From the human T2T-CHM13v2.0 reference genome, Homo sapiens: a DNA stretch of 64,000 nt. Every line of letters begins with the position of its first letter. Positions within the stretch are counted from its first letter, which is position 1. The translations under genes were made by a program, and so were the position numbers. Of the stretch, positions 12,909 to 26,575 are shown in pieces. The stretch is from the NCBI RefSeq assembly GCF_009914755.1, contig NC_060944.1. One strand, written 5' to 3'. The notes beneath the pieces were generated by a model that worked only from the letters and a program-made list of their open reading frames with translations, made no database searches and was not told where the DNA came from.

Positions 12909-13150
12909 ATCTCGACCTGCAGCTACATATAATGTGTGCTTGGTTTAAAGAAGTACAAAGTCCATATTCTGTCAAGAAACCTGTCATTCATTACTCCCAC
13001 TGAGAACTGATGGTCATTCTGTAGACTATATCTCAAAAATATTGTCTGCATCTAGCTCTAACTACATCTCCTGGCATGTATTCACAACCCCCAGGAACAG
13101 TTTTCTCCAGACCAAACAAATAGAAGTTCTGCATTTCACCATCGCCAGAA
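12909..13150 (-). pseudogene. FN3-like exon remnant
   Basis: Acceptor ggttttgtttctag| and donor GAT|gtaaga. VKCRTSICLVWRKLF, then in another frame FLRYSL...TLYFFKPSTHY. Confidence 0.5.
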
Positions 13151-13329
13151 CTAGAAACAAAACCTCACAACTATACAAGCACCTAATACATAGTTGGGTT
13201 AGCAACCATATATCCCATATATTTTTATTCGTCATGGTAGACACTTAAGCTCTAGTTAAGGGGCACTAACGCTCCAGTCAAGATCTATTGCCTTGCAGTC
13301 ATTGTTCTTGCCAAGACTCTCCATCTGGT

Positions 13330-13485
13330 ACCCTAACATGTCTAATGCCTGAGATTTAGGATGGTACATGGCATTTATGGCCATATGTGAAATAATAAAC
13401 CAGAGTGTTTTCTCCATGTGCCATCCTACCACACAGTGCCCAGAACATAGTAGACACTCCACAAATATTTATTGAATTAAATAGT
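13330..13485 (+). mobile_element. L2 3' end
   Basis: acagtgcccagaacatagtagacactccacaaatatttattgaat. Confidence 0.65.
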
Positions 13486-13507
13486 GGTGACTGACCACAC
13501 CACTCAC

Positions 13508-13736
13508 CTCTTCACAAGCCAAAATTATGTTGCAATCACCAAGTTTCTGGACACTGGAATGGTTCCAGACACTTTCTAGAATTAACTGTCCCTACCTAGA
13601 GTTCCCAGGTTCAGTCCTCCAGAGATTCTCCCATTATTTCAGTCTGCGAGCCCCAATCCATATTGTGATTTCACCAAAACTTCTTTTATTTTTCAAAAGG
13701 CAATACCAATGCCACCTTTTTATCTTCATAAAGAAG
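13508..13736 (-). pseudogene. CTLD C-terminal-half exon remnant
   Basis: Strong acceptor tttatttttttcag| and donor GAG|gtgagt. One frame reads EITIWIGARRLK*WENLWRTEPGNSR*GQLILESVWNHSSVQKLGDCNIILACEE. Confidence 0.65.
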
Positions 13737-14121
13737 CTGAAAAAAATAAACCACACTTTAGAATGTCCCATCATAATTACTACTCACCACTGGATATTGA
13801 TGTCATCCTCAACCATCACCCAGTCACCAGCTTGCTCTTAGTCTTCCCAACACAGATCAATTGTCTTATGTAGAGAAGTTTCATTGCCTCGATTTTAAAA
13901 ATGAATTCAGGAATGTTAAGGATACTTTCAAAAACCACTCTACTAGTCTGTGATAGGATCAGACCTAGACTCCTGATCTAAAAATTCCATTGGCAATATC
14001 ATGATCACTTTTCATGATCACTTGGGAAGTGTTAAAAATTAAAATATGTGAGTGGGAAAAAGCCACATATATGGTGGGTTCAGTTGTTATCTCCCCTTCC
14101 ATCTTAGAAGAATATTATTAA

Positions 14122-14215
14122 CTATTAGCTCTCGTAAGTATAGCAAGACATTGGCTATCTCATAGTTTTTTCTCTTATAGAAAGGAGAAAAGAATGCTAA
14201 AGTAAAGTATCCAGC
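14122..14215 (-). pseudogene. CTLD N-terminal-half exon remnant
   Basis: Acceptor ttgttcattctctttactcag|. Phase-1 frame GWILYFSILFSFL*EKKL*DSQC resembles GW..Y...Y.F..EKK.W....C. The donor is decayed. Confidence 0.5.
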
Positions 14216-14419
14216 CTGAGTAAAGAGAATGAACAAGTCCAAAATAGAAATGATCCATTTAATATTTTACCATGGAGATCCTTCTTTTTTCTCTTATTTC
14301 ACTGGTGAATATTTTATTGAATGCCTAACATATGCCAGCCCAATTATTATATATGTATATTGGATATGTGTCCCCATTTTTACCCTCAAAATAGCCAATA
14401 CCCTCATAATTAATGATTA

Positions 14420-14578
14420 ATGATGCTATCATTAATCAATCCTATATATGAGGAAACTGAAGCATGGCATAGATTGTTTAGCTAACTTCCTAAAAGTAAT
14501 GCTGCAAATTAATGTTGAAATTTGGATTCAAATTCAGGCCATCTGGGTCCAGAGAAGTGCTTTATGCTGATACTACTT
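14420..14578 (-). mobile_element. MIR
   Basis: atgaggaaactgaagc...ggattcaaattcaggccatctgggtccagag. Confidence 0.7.
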
Positions 14579-14585
14579 CATCATA

Positions 14586-14782
14586 TCATATGCAGTACAG
14601 GCCAAGGTAGATGAATTTTAAGAGACAAGATACATTATTTCCCCTGAATGTATTTTGTGCTGGCAACACAGTCAAATATGAGATTTCCAAAGTTTCATAG
14701 CCCTCAGACATGAATCGTGGTGGCTTCCATCTGACAGAGCAGATTGCACTATCTTCCAGAAATACAGTCTGTAACAGGTTTC
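14586..14782 (-). pseudogene. FN3-like exon remnant
   Basis: Acceptor cctatcctgttctccag|G. Open frame GNLLQTVFLEDSAICSVRWKPPRFMSEGYETLEISY...TFRGNNVSCLL. The 3' end abuts a MIR. Confidence 0.55.
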
Positions 14783-15117
14783 CTGGAGAACAGGATAGGA
14801 ACCACAGATGCCCCATCTGCTTCCTGCTGCCCATTTGGAATACATCCAACTTGTGTCATCTTATTTCATGAACTTTTTCAGCTTGGACTATGTCTAGGTG
14901 CCCATTCTCTCCCAAAATCAGTCCCAGACCCTACCAGACACATAAGACTTTCTACTACTCATTTCCTGTCACTGTCAAGCTTCACTGCTGAAACCAGAGT
15001 TATTTCTATTGTTATTTGCTAAATATTTCTCTTGGTGACAAATGGCATATTTCTGAAGGGCAATCCTATAAAATAAGTTAGAGATTATCTTGGGAACCCC
15101 ATGAGGGTTAAGCATGA

Positions 15118-15619
15118 TGTGGTAGATTGAAAAAATGGCCACAATTTTGTGGTTCCTCCCATCAAGGGCTGGAATTTATTTCTCTGTCCCTTTAATCTGG
15201 GTTGTCCATGTGACACACTTTGGAAAAATGGGACATTAGCAAATGTGACACAAACTGAAAACTAAAGAGTGTACATTGAGGCTTGTCTTCTCTGGTTGTG
15301 CTTGAAATCTTGAGACCACCATGTAAATGCGCTTTTGCTAGCCTGATGACATAAGAAACCACCTAGAGGAAAACCTGGCCACCCCAGCCAATAGCCACCA
15401 AACTGTCAGACATGTGAGTGAGTCCATCCTAGATCCACCACTGTCAGATGCCCACAAGCTGACCACAGATGCTTCACAGAGCCCAGCAGAGACCAGACCA
15501 GCTGGCCCAATTCAGAAGAACATCCCAGCCAAGCCACAGAATTATGGGCTAAATAAAATGTTTGCTATTTTAAGCCACTAAGTCCTGGGATGGTTGTTTT
15601 TACAGCAAAAGCTGATACA
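15118..15619 (+). mobile_element. MLT1-type LTR
   Basis: tgtggtagattg...ttttaagccactaag...acagcaaaagctgataca. Confidence 0.85.
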
Positions 15620-16457
15620 CATGGCAAGCCATAGTAAGGTAGTTTGAAAGAAAAAAAGCGGGACTTCTGGCTTCTGGTTCAGCATGTAAAGAGCTTGGAA
15701 GTCACCACTCCATCCTAACAACAAGCTAAAAGCTGAACAAATTGCAAATGAACAGCTCTTCTTGCATTCATAAGAGAGGTGAGGACACAAGGCAAACTGT
15801 TCCCCCCACGTTTGGAGAGACAGGCAAACACAGGACGTCACAGCTCCTAGGGCAAAGAGCCATGAGCAGAGACCACCATGAGAACCAGTGCTGGGGTAGG
15901 AAAATCTGAACTGTAATTGATGAATGGCTGGAGGCTCAGCATAGACAAGTCTGAGAGATAAAAACTCCAGGGGATCCAGTCATAGGGGAACCTCCACATT
16001 TTGGTGAGTTTTACTTCCAAGAGTTTGGCCAGGTTCTTGCAGTAAACATCAGAGAAATTTTTTTTTCATGCTTCTGACAAGGGGAGGGTAAAAGGAATGA
16101 TTTTAAAATACACTGGAATACGGTTCTTCTGGGAAGGCTTGCCTCCAGGAGAAACTATTTAACTAGAGCCTAAAATGCTGGGGTATTATCAAAGCCTAAC
16201 TGACTTGGGGAAAGAGAAATATCCAAACCCACCCAGCTCTATCCACCCTCTCCCACCTAAGTGGGGAGGAAAAAGGGTTCACAGTCCAGAGGCACAGACT
16301 CACTAAATGACTGAGGCTTACTCTCAAGACTGCAGGATGCTTCCCCTCCCCTCACATCTTACCACCACATTATTAAAGGTTGATTTACAACAGTTACTTT
16401 TACTAGATACATAATGTCCAGCTATGAAGAAGAAATTACACGGCATACTAAAGGTAA

Positions 16458-16660
16458 ATATATATATACACATATATATAATATATATTATATATATTAT
16501 ACATACATTATTATATATTATACATACATAATATATATGTATTATACATATATAATATATTATATATTATACATGTATTATATATAATATTATATATAAT
16601 ATATTATATTTTTATATATATACACACACATATATATTATATATATATGTATATATACAC
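16458..16660. repeat. Degenerate (TA)n microsatellite
   Basis: About 200 bp of AT/AC repeats. Confidence 0.95.
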
Positions 16661-17559
16661 AATTTGAAGAAGACAGAGGTCACATCAAAACCAGACATGG
16701 CAGGGATGCTAGAATTATGAGACTAGCAGTTTGAAACAACTATGATTAATATGCCAAAGGCTCTAATAGATAAAGTAGACAGCATGTAAGAACAGATGGG
16801 CAATGTGAGTAGAGAGATGAAATCCTAAAAAAAAAAAAAATGAAATGCTAAAGATCAAAAATACTGTAACAGAAATGAAGAATGTCTTTGATGCTCTTAT
16901 TAGTACACGAGTGCGGCTGAAGAAAGAATTTCTGAGCTTGATATATCAAGAGAAACCTTCAAAACTGAAAAGCAAAGAGAATAAAATTTGAAAAAGAACA
17001 AAATGTCAAAGGACTGTGGGACAACTACAAAAGGCATAACATACACATAGGGGAATTCCAGAAGAAGAAAGAGAGGGAATATTTGAAACAATAATGACTG
17101 AGGGTTTCTCCAAATTAATGTCAGACACCAAATCAAAAATCAGAAAACCTAAAAGGACACCAAGCAGTATAAATGCCACAAAACCTAAACTTGGGAATAT
17201 CATTTTGAAAGTAGAAAATCAAAGATAAAGAGAAAATTCTGAAAGAAGTGAAAAGAAAAAAACATCTTACATATAGAGGAATAGAAATAAAATTTACATT
17301 GAACTAATCCTCAAAAGCCACACAGGCAAAAAGAAAATGGAGTGACGTGTTTAAGGTATTAAAAAGAAAACCACCAACCTAGATAGAACTTTGCGTCCTA
17401 AAAAATTATCCTTAAAAGGTGAAGGAGAAATAAAACCTTTCTCAGATAAACAAAAACTGAGAAAATTTGTTGCCACTTAATCTTGCCTCACAAGAAATGT
17501 TAAGAAAATTCTTTAGAGAAAAGGAAAACAATATAGATCAGAAACTTAGATCTACATAA

Positions 17560-17844
<285 letters not shown>

Positions 17845-17894
17845 TAAGTGAAGGAATGACAATAATGTTAAAATGAAGAGAAAAATAATATTAT

Positions 17895-18172
17895 TTTTGT
17901 TTCTGTTTTGTTTTGAGACAGGGTCTCATTCTGTCACCAAGGCTGGAGTAGAGTGGTGTGATCTCAGGTCACTGCAAACTCCACCTTCTGGGCTCAGGTG
18001 ATGTTCCCACCTCACCCTCCCAAGTAGCTAGGACTACAGGTGCACACCACCACACCTGGCTAATTTTTATGTATTTTTTGTAGAGATGGGGTTTTGCCAT
18101 GTTGCCTGGTCTCGAACTCGTGGACTCAAGCGATCCACCTGCCTCAGCCTCTGAAAGTCTGGGACTACAGGC
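17895..18172 (-). mobile_element. AluJ-like
   Basis: gagacagggtctc...ggactcaagcgatccacctgcctcagcc. Confidence 0.9.
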
Positions 18173-19737
18173 TATTTTGTTATTAAAAGGAACTCACACT
18201 TTCTTTGAAGTGGTATAATTTTATTTGAGAGTGTGTTTGGATTAGTAGTAAATGTGTATTGCAAACTCTAGAGTAACCACTTAAAAAAGGTTAAAAAAAG
18301 AAATATTACTGATATGACAAAGGAAACAATGAATCATGTGAAATACTTAGTACCACAAAGGCAGAAAAAAAGAGTTGAGGACAAAAGTAGAAACAAAGGG
18401 CAAGGTCACCAAATAGAAGACAGTAGCAAGTATACTAGATATTAATTCAACTATACCAATGATGAGTTTGAACATCAATGGTCTAAATTCAGCAATTAAA
18501 AGAGAGATTGCCAAAGTGAATTAAAAAACAAGACCTATTTCTGTGTTGTCCATAAAAAACCTACTTTAAATATAGACACATTAAGATTAAAAGTAAATTG
18601 AGAAAAATATACCATGCTAACACTGATCCAATAAAAGCAAGAGCAGCTATATTAATTTCAGACAGAGTAGACTTTAAAGCAAGGAAAGTTATCATGTATA
18701 AAGAGGGCATTATATAATGATAAAGGGATCAATTCTTCAAGAAGACAAAACAGTCTTTAATGTGTATGCACCTAACAACAGAGCATCAAACTACTACAGG
18801 CAAAAATTGATTGAACTGCAAAAAGAAATAGATAAATCCACTATTATTGGAGATTTCAACACTTCTCTGTCAGAAATGGGCAGATTCAGGAGACAGAAAA
18901 TCAGTAAGAACATGTTTGAACTCAAAAACGCCATCAATCAACTTATATGCTTGTCACCTACAAAATACTTCATCTAATGATGGCAGAATACACATTCTTT
19001 TCAAGATGACATGGAACATTCACCAAGATAAACCACATTCTGGGCCATAAAACACACCATAACAAATCTTAAAAAATAGAAATCCTATAACGTCTACTCT
19101 CAGACCGCAATGAAATTAAATTCAAAATTAACAACAGAAAGATAACTGGAAAATCCCCAAATGCATGGAAGATAACACAATTCTAAATAACATATAAGCC
19201 AACTAACCTCAAGAGAAATTAAAACATATTTTGAATTAAATGAAAATAGAAACACAGCTTATAAAATTTGTGTGATGCAGTAAAATCAGTGCTTAGAGGG
19301 AAGCAATATCTATTGATACATATTTAAAAAGAAGAAAAATTTAAAATCAATAATTTAAGTTTTCATTTTAGAAAACTAGATAAACAAGAGCAAATTAATC
19401 TAAAGCAAGCAGAAGAAAAGATATAATAAAGCAGAAATCAATAAAATTGAAAGCAGGAAATTAATTCAGAAAAATCTATGAAAACAAAAGATGATTATTT
19501 TTAAAAGATTATAAAATGAACAAGCCTTTAGTCAAGCTAAGACAAAAAAGAGAGGGGACACAAATTACTAATATCATAAATGAAAGAAGAAACATTACTG
19601 TGGATCCCATGGACATTAAAAGACTAATAAAGGAATATTATGAACAATTCTATGATTTAGATTTGAGAACCTAGGTGAAATGAATCAATTATCTGAAAAA
19701 CACAGTCTGCCAAAACCCACACAAGAAGAAATACACA

Positions 19738-20155
19738 GGCTGGGTGCTGTGGCTTATGTCTGTAATCCCAGCATTTTGGAAGGCTGAGGCAGGAGGATCA
19801 TTTGAACCCAGGAGTCTGAGATCAGCCTCAGCAACACAGGGAGACTCTGTAACTCATACGAGAAGAAATATACAGGCTGGGTGCTGTGGCTTATGCCTGT
19901 AATCCCAGCACTTTGGAAGGCTGAGGCAGGAGAATTGCTTGGACCCAGGAGTCTGAGACCAGCCCCGGCAACACAGGGAGACCCTGTCTCTACAAAAAAT
20001 ATTTAAAAATTAGCTGGGCATGGTGGCACATGCCTATGGTCCCAGCTACTAGAGAGGCTAAGAAAGAAGGATTGTTTGATCCAGGGAGGTCAAGTCTTCA
20101 GTGAGCCATGATCTGCACTGTAGCCTGGGCAACAGAGCAAGACCGTGTCTTGAAA
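19738..20155 (+). mobile_element. AluJ preceded by a duplicated left-arm copy
   Basis: 137-bp tandem duplication 19714-19850 / 19851-19987, with a full Alu from about 19875. Confidence 0.9.
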
Positions 20156-20212
20156 GAAAGAGACAAGGGAAAGAAGGGAAGAAGAAAGAAAGAAAGAAAA
20201 AAGAAGGAAGGA

Positions 20213-20268
<56 letters not shown>

Positions 20269-20500
20269 AGGGAGGGAGGGAGGGAGGGAAGGAAGGAAGA
20301 GAAAGAAAAGAAAGAAAAGAAAACAAAGAGAAAGAAAGAAGGAAGGAAGGAAGGAAAGGAAGGAAGGAAAGAAAGAGAAAGAAGGAAGGAAGAAAGGAAA
20401 CAGAGAGAAAAAAAGAGAGAGAGAAAGAAAGGCAAGAGAAAGAGAGAAAGGGAGGGATGGAGGGAGAGAGGGAGGGAAAGAAGAGAGAGAGAGAAAGAAA
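20152..20500 (+). repeat. GA-rich polypurine tract (GAAA/GGAA/GGGA) grown from the Alu tail
   Basis: About 350 bp, almost purely A/G. Confidence 0.95.
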
Positions 20501-23323
20501 CAATCTAAACAGGTCTATATATGTTAAAGAAATTATTAGAATCAATAATTAATAACCTTTCAAAACAGAAAACACCAGGTCCACATGGTTTTACTGGTGA
20601 ATTCCACCAAACATTTAAGGAAGAAATTATACCAATTCTCTATAATCTTTTTAGAGGATAGAAGCAGAAAAGATACTTCCTAACTTCTTCTATGAAGCCA
20701 GCATTGCCCCAATACCAACAGCAGAAAAACACATTATAAGAAAAGAAAACTACAGACCAATATCTCTTATGAATACATAAGAAATGTGTAAAAATTCTCA
20801 ACAAAATATTAGTGAATTGAACTCAACAATATATATAAAGAGTTATACAGCACAAGAAAATGATACTCATCCCAGCTGTGCAAAACTGGTTGAAAAATCA
20901 AAATTAATTAATGTAATCCATCACATCAACAGGCTAAAAAATTACATGAATATATCAATAGATGCAGAGAAAGTATTTGGCAAAATCCAACAGGTATTTA
21001 TAGTAAAAACTCACAGTAAACTAAGAATAAAGGCGAACTTTCCCAAGTTAATAAAGAATATCTATTTTTAAAAAATTACATCTAACATCATAATAGTGAG
21101 AAACTAAAAGCTTTTCCATTCAGATCAGGACAAGGCAAGTATATTTCCTCTCAAAATTCCTTTGCAAAATTGTACTGGAAGTCCTAGCTAATGCAATAAG
21201 ACAAGAAAATGAAATAAATTGTATACAGATTAGAAAGGAAGAAATAAAACTGTCTTTTCTTACAGATGACATGATGGTCTATGTAGAAAATCTAAAAGAA
21301 TCAACAAAACAGCTTCCCAGAATGAATAACTGATAATACCAAGGTTTCTGAATACAAAGTTAATATACAAAAGTAAATTGCTTTCCAATACATTAGCAAT
21401 GAACAAGTGGAAACTGGCATTAAAAACACAATACTATTTGCGTTAGCAACCCCTACAATGAAATACTTAGGTGCATATATAACAAAATATGTACAAGATC
21501 TCTATGAGGGAAACTACAAAACACTAATGAAGGAAATCAAAGAACTAAGTAGAAATATTCCATGTTTATGGATAGAAAGACTCAAACCTGGTAAGTTGTC
21601 ATTTCTTCACAGCTTGATCTATAGAGTCAATGCAATCCCCATCAAAATCCCAGCAAGTTGTTTTATGAATATCAACAAACTGATTCTAAAGTTTATATGG
21701 AAAGAACAAAGACCCCAAATAACCAACACAATATGGAAGAAGAACAGAGGACTAACACTGTCCAACTTCAAGATTACTATAAAGCTACAACAATCAAGAC
21801 AGTGTAATATTGGTAAAATAATAGACAAATAGATCAACAGCACAGAATAGAGAGCTCAGAAAAATAGACCCACATAAATATGGTCAAATGATCTTTGACA
21901 AAGAAGCAAAGACAATACAGTGAAGCAAAGATAGTCTTTTCAACAAATGGTGTGGGAACAACTGGACATTCTCATGCAAAAAAAAAAAAGAAAGAAAAAT
22001 AATCTAGACACAACCATTATACTTCTTATAAAAACTAACTCAAAATGGATACTAGAACCAAATTCAACAAGTAAAACTATTAAACCCCTGGAGATAACAG
22101 GAGAAAAATCTAGATAACCTGGGGTGTGGCAATGACTATTTATATACACCAAAGGCACAATCCACAAAGGAAATAATTGATAAGCTAGGCTTCCTTAAAA
22201 TTAGAAACTACTGTTCTGTGAAAGGTAGTGTCAAGGGAATGAGAAGACAAGCCACAGACTGGAAGGATATTTTGCATATGTTCCACGTCATACGGCTTCA
22301 AGAAAATGCAAATTAAAATAACAATGACATACCACTACACATCTATTAGAATGGCCAAAATATAGAACACTGACCACACGAAATTCTGGTGAGAATGTGG
22401 AGCAATAGGAACTTACATTCACTGTTAGTGAGAATGTAAAATAACACAGCCACTATGGAAGACAATTTGACAGTTTTTTACAAAAATAAACATATTCTTA
22501 CCCTGTGACCCTCCTTTTTGGTATTTACCCAAGGAAATTGAAAACTTATGTCCACTTAAAAATCTACACGCAAATGTTTATAGCAGCTTTATTCATAATT
22601 GCCAAAACTTGTAAGTAAGCAAGATGTCATTCAGTAGGTGAATGGATAAATAAACTGTGATACATTCAGACAATGGAATATTATTCAGTGCTAAAAAGAG
22701 AGGAGCTGTCAAGCCATGAAAATACATGGAAGAATCTTACATGCATATTACTAAGTGAAAGAAGCCAATCTAAAAAGGCTACATACTGTACGATTCCAAC
22801 TACATGACATTCTGGAAAAGGCAAAACTATGGAGACAGTAAAAAATATCAGTGGCTGTCAGGGGTTGTGGGGCAGATGAATAAAAGAATAACAGAGCATT
22901 TTTAGAACAGAAAAATACACTGTATAATACTATATTTGTGGATATTTGTCATTATTCATTTGTCTAAACTCCTATGGGTTAGAATAGAAAGTACATCCAA
23001 GAATAAACCTTAAACTATGGACTTTGGATGATAATGTGTCAATGTTGGTTCACTGCTTGTAACAAATGTACCACTCTAGTGGAGGATGTTCATAATGGGG
23101 GAGGCTATGGATGTGTATTTACTTATACATGGCTAGAGTATGAAGCTATACATGCATATATACCTAGGCATAGGTATATGGGAAATCTCTATACCTTCCT
23201 CTCAATTTTGCTGCAAGCCTACAACTGCTCTAAAAAAAGTCTTAAAAATGTGAATAGTTTAAATCACATCAATTTAAACAACCTGCAAGATATAAGAATG
23301 TAGGGAATTGTTTTTCTCCACAC

Positions 23324-23608
23324 CTGGATCTAGTAAAAATGCAGACAGTACATTTCCAAAGCAAAATGATAAAATAATGGGAAATTTCAGAGAACAGGGC
23401 TTTCTTTAAAAGAAAAAAGTGGTATTTTCTGAAATAAACAGAGCAAGACCCTATATGCATTTTGCACATTGTCAAAAGGTCACCTCACACATTCTGGACA
23501 ACAACACAGAGCTTTATATAACCCACTGGACCTTGCCCATATGAAGTACAGAAGAAAACTTTCCTGCTTAATCATGGAAACCTTGCATATTCTGTTTAGT
23601 TATTCTCA
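23324..23608 (-). pseudogene. 285-nt FN3-sized exon remnant
   Basis: Acceptor ttcttttgacag| and donor CAG|gtgtgg. 95 codons. Mosaic ESFLLYFIWARSSG ... FLLKKALFSEISHYFIIL. Confidence 0.45.
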
Positions 23609-23639
23609 CTGTCAAAAGAATCCCATCTTCATTCATTAA

Positions 23640-23966
<327 letters not shown>

Positions 23967-25005
23967 ATGTTATGTGTTAAAGCTCTGTCCTCAATGCTAA
24001 AGCAAAGCCAATCATGGTTCTTACCCTAACGGAGCTTATGTTCTGGTAGGTAAAGTGGGCATTAAATAAATAGATTGATAAATAAGAAATGCATGTAACA
24101 AGTGCCACACAGGTTATTATACAAATCTAAAATTAGAAAACTTGGCTTCATCAGAGAGGCTGTGAAAGCCTTCCCTTTGTAAAAGCATGCTTGAGCTGAT
24201 ATTTCTAGGATGTGTGGCATTAAGCCTACAACTTGAAGAGCAAACACATATCTGGTTAGAAAGATGAACAAATGCAAAGGTCCTACATTGAGAGAGAAAG
24301 AGAAAATGAGTGAGGATGAGGGGCTAAAAAAAGACCAGGATGCCTGTGTCGCCATGAGATGAAGGCTACAACTCAAGAAAAGTTTAGAGAATAGCCATGG
24401 CCTTCAACCTACGTAGGAGAGGTCTCAAACACACACTGGCTTTCAACCGGCCGCATTTCTCTCCCTGTGGCAAGAAACTTCTGGAGCTAAAGAGATGATG
24501 CCTTCTCATGCTTCCCTCTTTCTAGAGTCCATGCTTCCCTCTTTCTAGAACATTCTCCAGGTACAAGATACACAGAATTCCTTCTTCAAAGTATCCCTAC
24601 CCTGCTTCCAAAGCCTGAGTGACCCCTTTCTCAGCTCAATCCTCCTAAGCATTGACCATCCTACTTGGTAGGTACCCTTGGGCCTGAGAAGTGATGAGCT
24701 ATGGGCAAATGTTGAATGGGTAAGTAGAATGTCTATTCATGATTAAGGCTTCTTTGGTAAGTTGTGGTGTGAAACTACAAGGAGTCCAGGAATTCTTAAG
24801 GAAATCTGGCTCTCCAGATCATTGTGAAGTTATATTTGTCAAGATAGAAGGATGGAATATATCTTAACAGCTAGATTGATTTATTATTTTTAAATATTTA
24901 GTCATAGGGCATATGGGCCTCCATGTCTATTCTTACCCAGGGACCCACAAATGTGCAGGTTTGCTAAACAGGTAGGTTGCTGCTGAAGAACACAGAGCCT
25001 TGCAG

Positions 25006-25145
25006 TAAGTGTTTCCCAAACTTTAACATACCTATGAATTACCTGGGGATCTTGTGAAAATGCAAGCACTGATATCTCCATTCTTAACAAGTTCCCCGGA
25101 GATGCCCATATTGCTTGTGTAGGGACCACACTTTAAGTAGCAAGG
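25006..25145. mobile_element. MER5-type hAT-Charlie MITE
   Basis: gtgtttcccaaact...gggaccacactttaagtagcaagg. Confidence 0.7.
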
Positions 25146-25419
25146 CTGTAGGGCATGTTAGGGAGTTTTATTTTTATCTAATTTTATCCAAAGAGCCATT
25201 AGAAGTTCTTGAGGGATTTCAAGGGACAGATTTTCAGTTTGAAAAGAGTACAATAGTTGAGGTGTGAAGTATAGATTAAGTGCAGAGGAATATGCTGACA
25301 ACACTGGGCAGGAGAGAAAGTAAACACATTTGGAGATATTTAGAGGGTAAGATCTGCAGGGCTCAGTGGATTGGATGCAGGAAGAAGTGGTATGACCTCA
25401 GGAAGTACAAAGTTCAAAG

Positions 25420-25836
25420 AAGTGAGTGGGTAAATATATAAATTAAATAATTCCTTCTCTGTCATTCTCTCAACTGAGGTTTCGGCATAGCAAGACTTGG
25501 GACAGTTTCAGTCGTGGATTATTTAAGAGAATTAAGAGGCTTTTTTCTGCCCCCCCGTAGATAGTCGGAAGCCATATTTAACCAAATTACATTTAACCTT
25601 CCTCTTCTTTTTCCTCAGAGAGCTAAAATAATAGAAGTGACAGCAGTTGTAATTATACCCATCTCAATTCACCTGCATTCCTTCTGCATGTAGTAAGGTC
25701 ATCTGAGCAGTTTCTTCCTTTAATTAAGTGGTTGTGACCTTCACAAGTTCTTCTCAAAATGATTTCTCCAGTACCCAAGTGATTAAACATATAACTCTGT
25801 TCCCCCTACTCTTGACAGCCTGAGAGCCCAAGCGTC
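25420..25836 (-). pseudogene. FN3-like exon remnant
   Basis: Acceptor cattttcctgtag|G. Phase-1 frame GRLGSQAVKSRGNRVICLITW...STTETVPSL. The end is approximate. Confidence 0.4.
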
Positions 25837-26049
25837 CTACAGGAAAATGCTTTCTCCTTGGGGACTGGCTCTCGAGAGGCTTGCTTCCATACAGGCTGGG
25901 CTCTTGGAAATGTTTCCTGACTGCAGAGGGACTTTCACTCTGTTTGGTAAGTTGGAACAGGATTCAAGGTCCTGCTGAGCTAATCACTCAGCTGCACCAG
26001 CTGCAGAGGCACACTGTCCCGTGGGAGTCGGTGCCTCCAGGGAACTTAC

Positions 26050-26120
26050 CGCTTTCTTCAGCAGAGGATGCCAACAATGGGTTTGCTGCTCCTCTAATTC
26101 CACCCCTATCCAGCTTTCTG
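26050..26120 (-). pseudogene. CTLD WIG-motif exon remnant (may extend to about 25940)
   Basis: Acceptor ttgcttcttttgccttttgtgagtcacag| and donor GCG|gtaagt. Reads AESWIGVELEE. Confidence 0.5.
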
Positions 26121-26575
26121 CTGTGACTCACAAAAGGCAAAAGAAGCAATACTCGGAGGAGCCTCCAGCCTAAATTTAGGCAAGGTGTCTCAGTTCTCAT
26201 AAATACCCAAGGAAAATTTTAAATTCAATGCGCAGCACTCTTAGCCTCGTGTATCACTTCTCATTTTCACACTGGGTAAGCTTGATTTGCATACATTTCA
26301 AGAGCATCTTTCTCTTTTTTTATCTTTATTTATTGTCCTGTCCTCGTCCTACTTGCTGCTTTGGAACTCTGTATCAAATATTTATATATCTTTATTTCCT
26401 AGCTGTAACCCACTTCATCATTCCCTTCCAGAGAGCTTTATACTTCACAAAACCTGCTTCCTCCCACAACCCCCATGCACACCCACTTCCTTCTCCCCCT
26501 ACAGCCACAGTACAAAACTGCCAGACTCAAGTTTAATTCAGGGGAGTCCTTGTTTCTCCCTCATTCTCTAATAAC

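Noticed and set aside
20058-20545. Lys/Glu/Arg-rich and Phe/Leu/Ser-rich ORFs (also 38567-38902)
   Set aside because: These are translations of GA-rich simple repeats.
24507-24549. 20-bp perfect direct repeat catgcttccctctttctaga
   Set aside because: An ordinary small tandem duplication with no evident motif or coding consequence.
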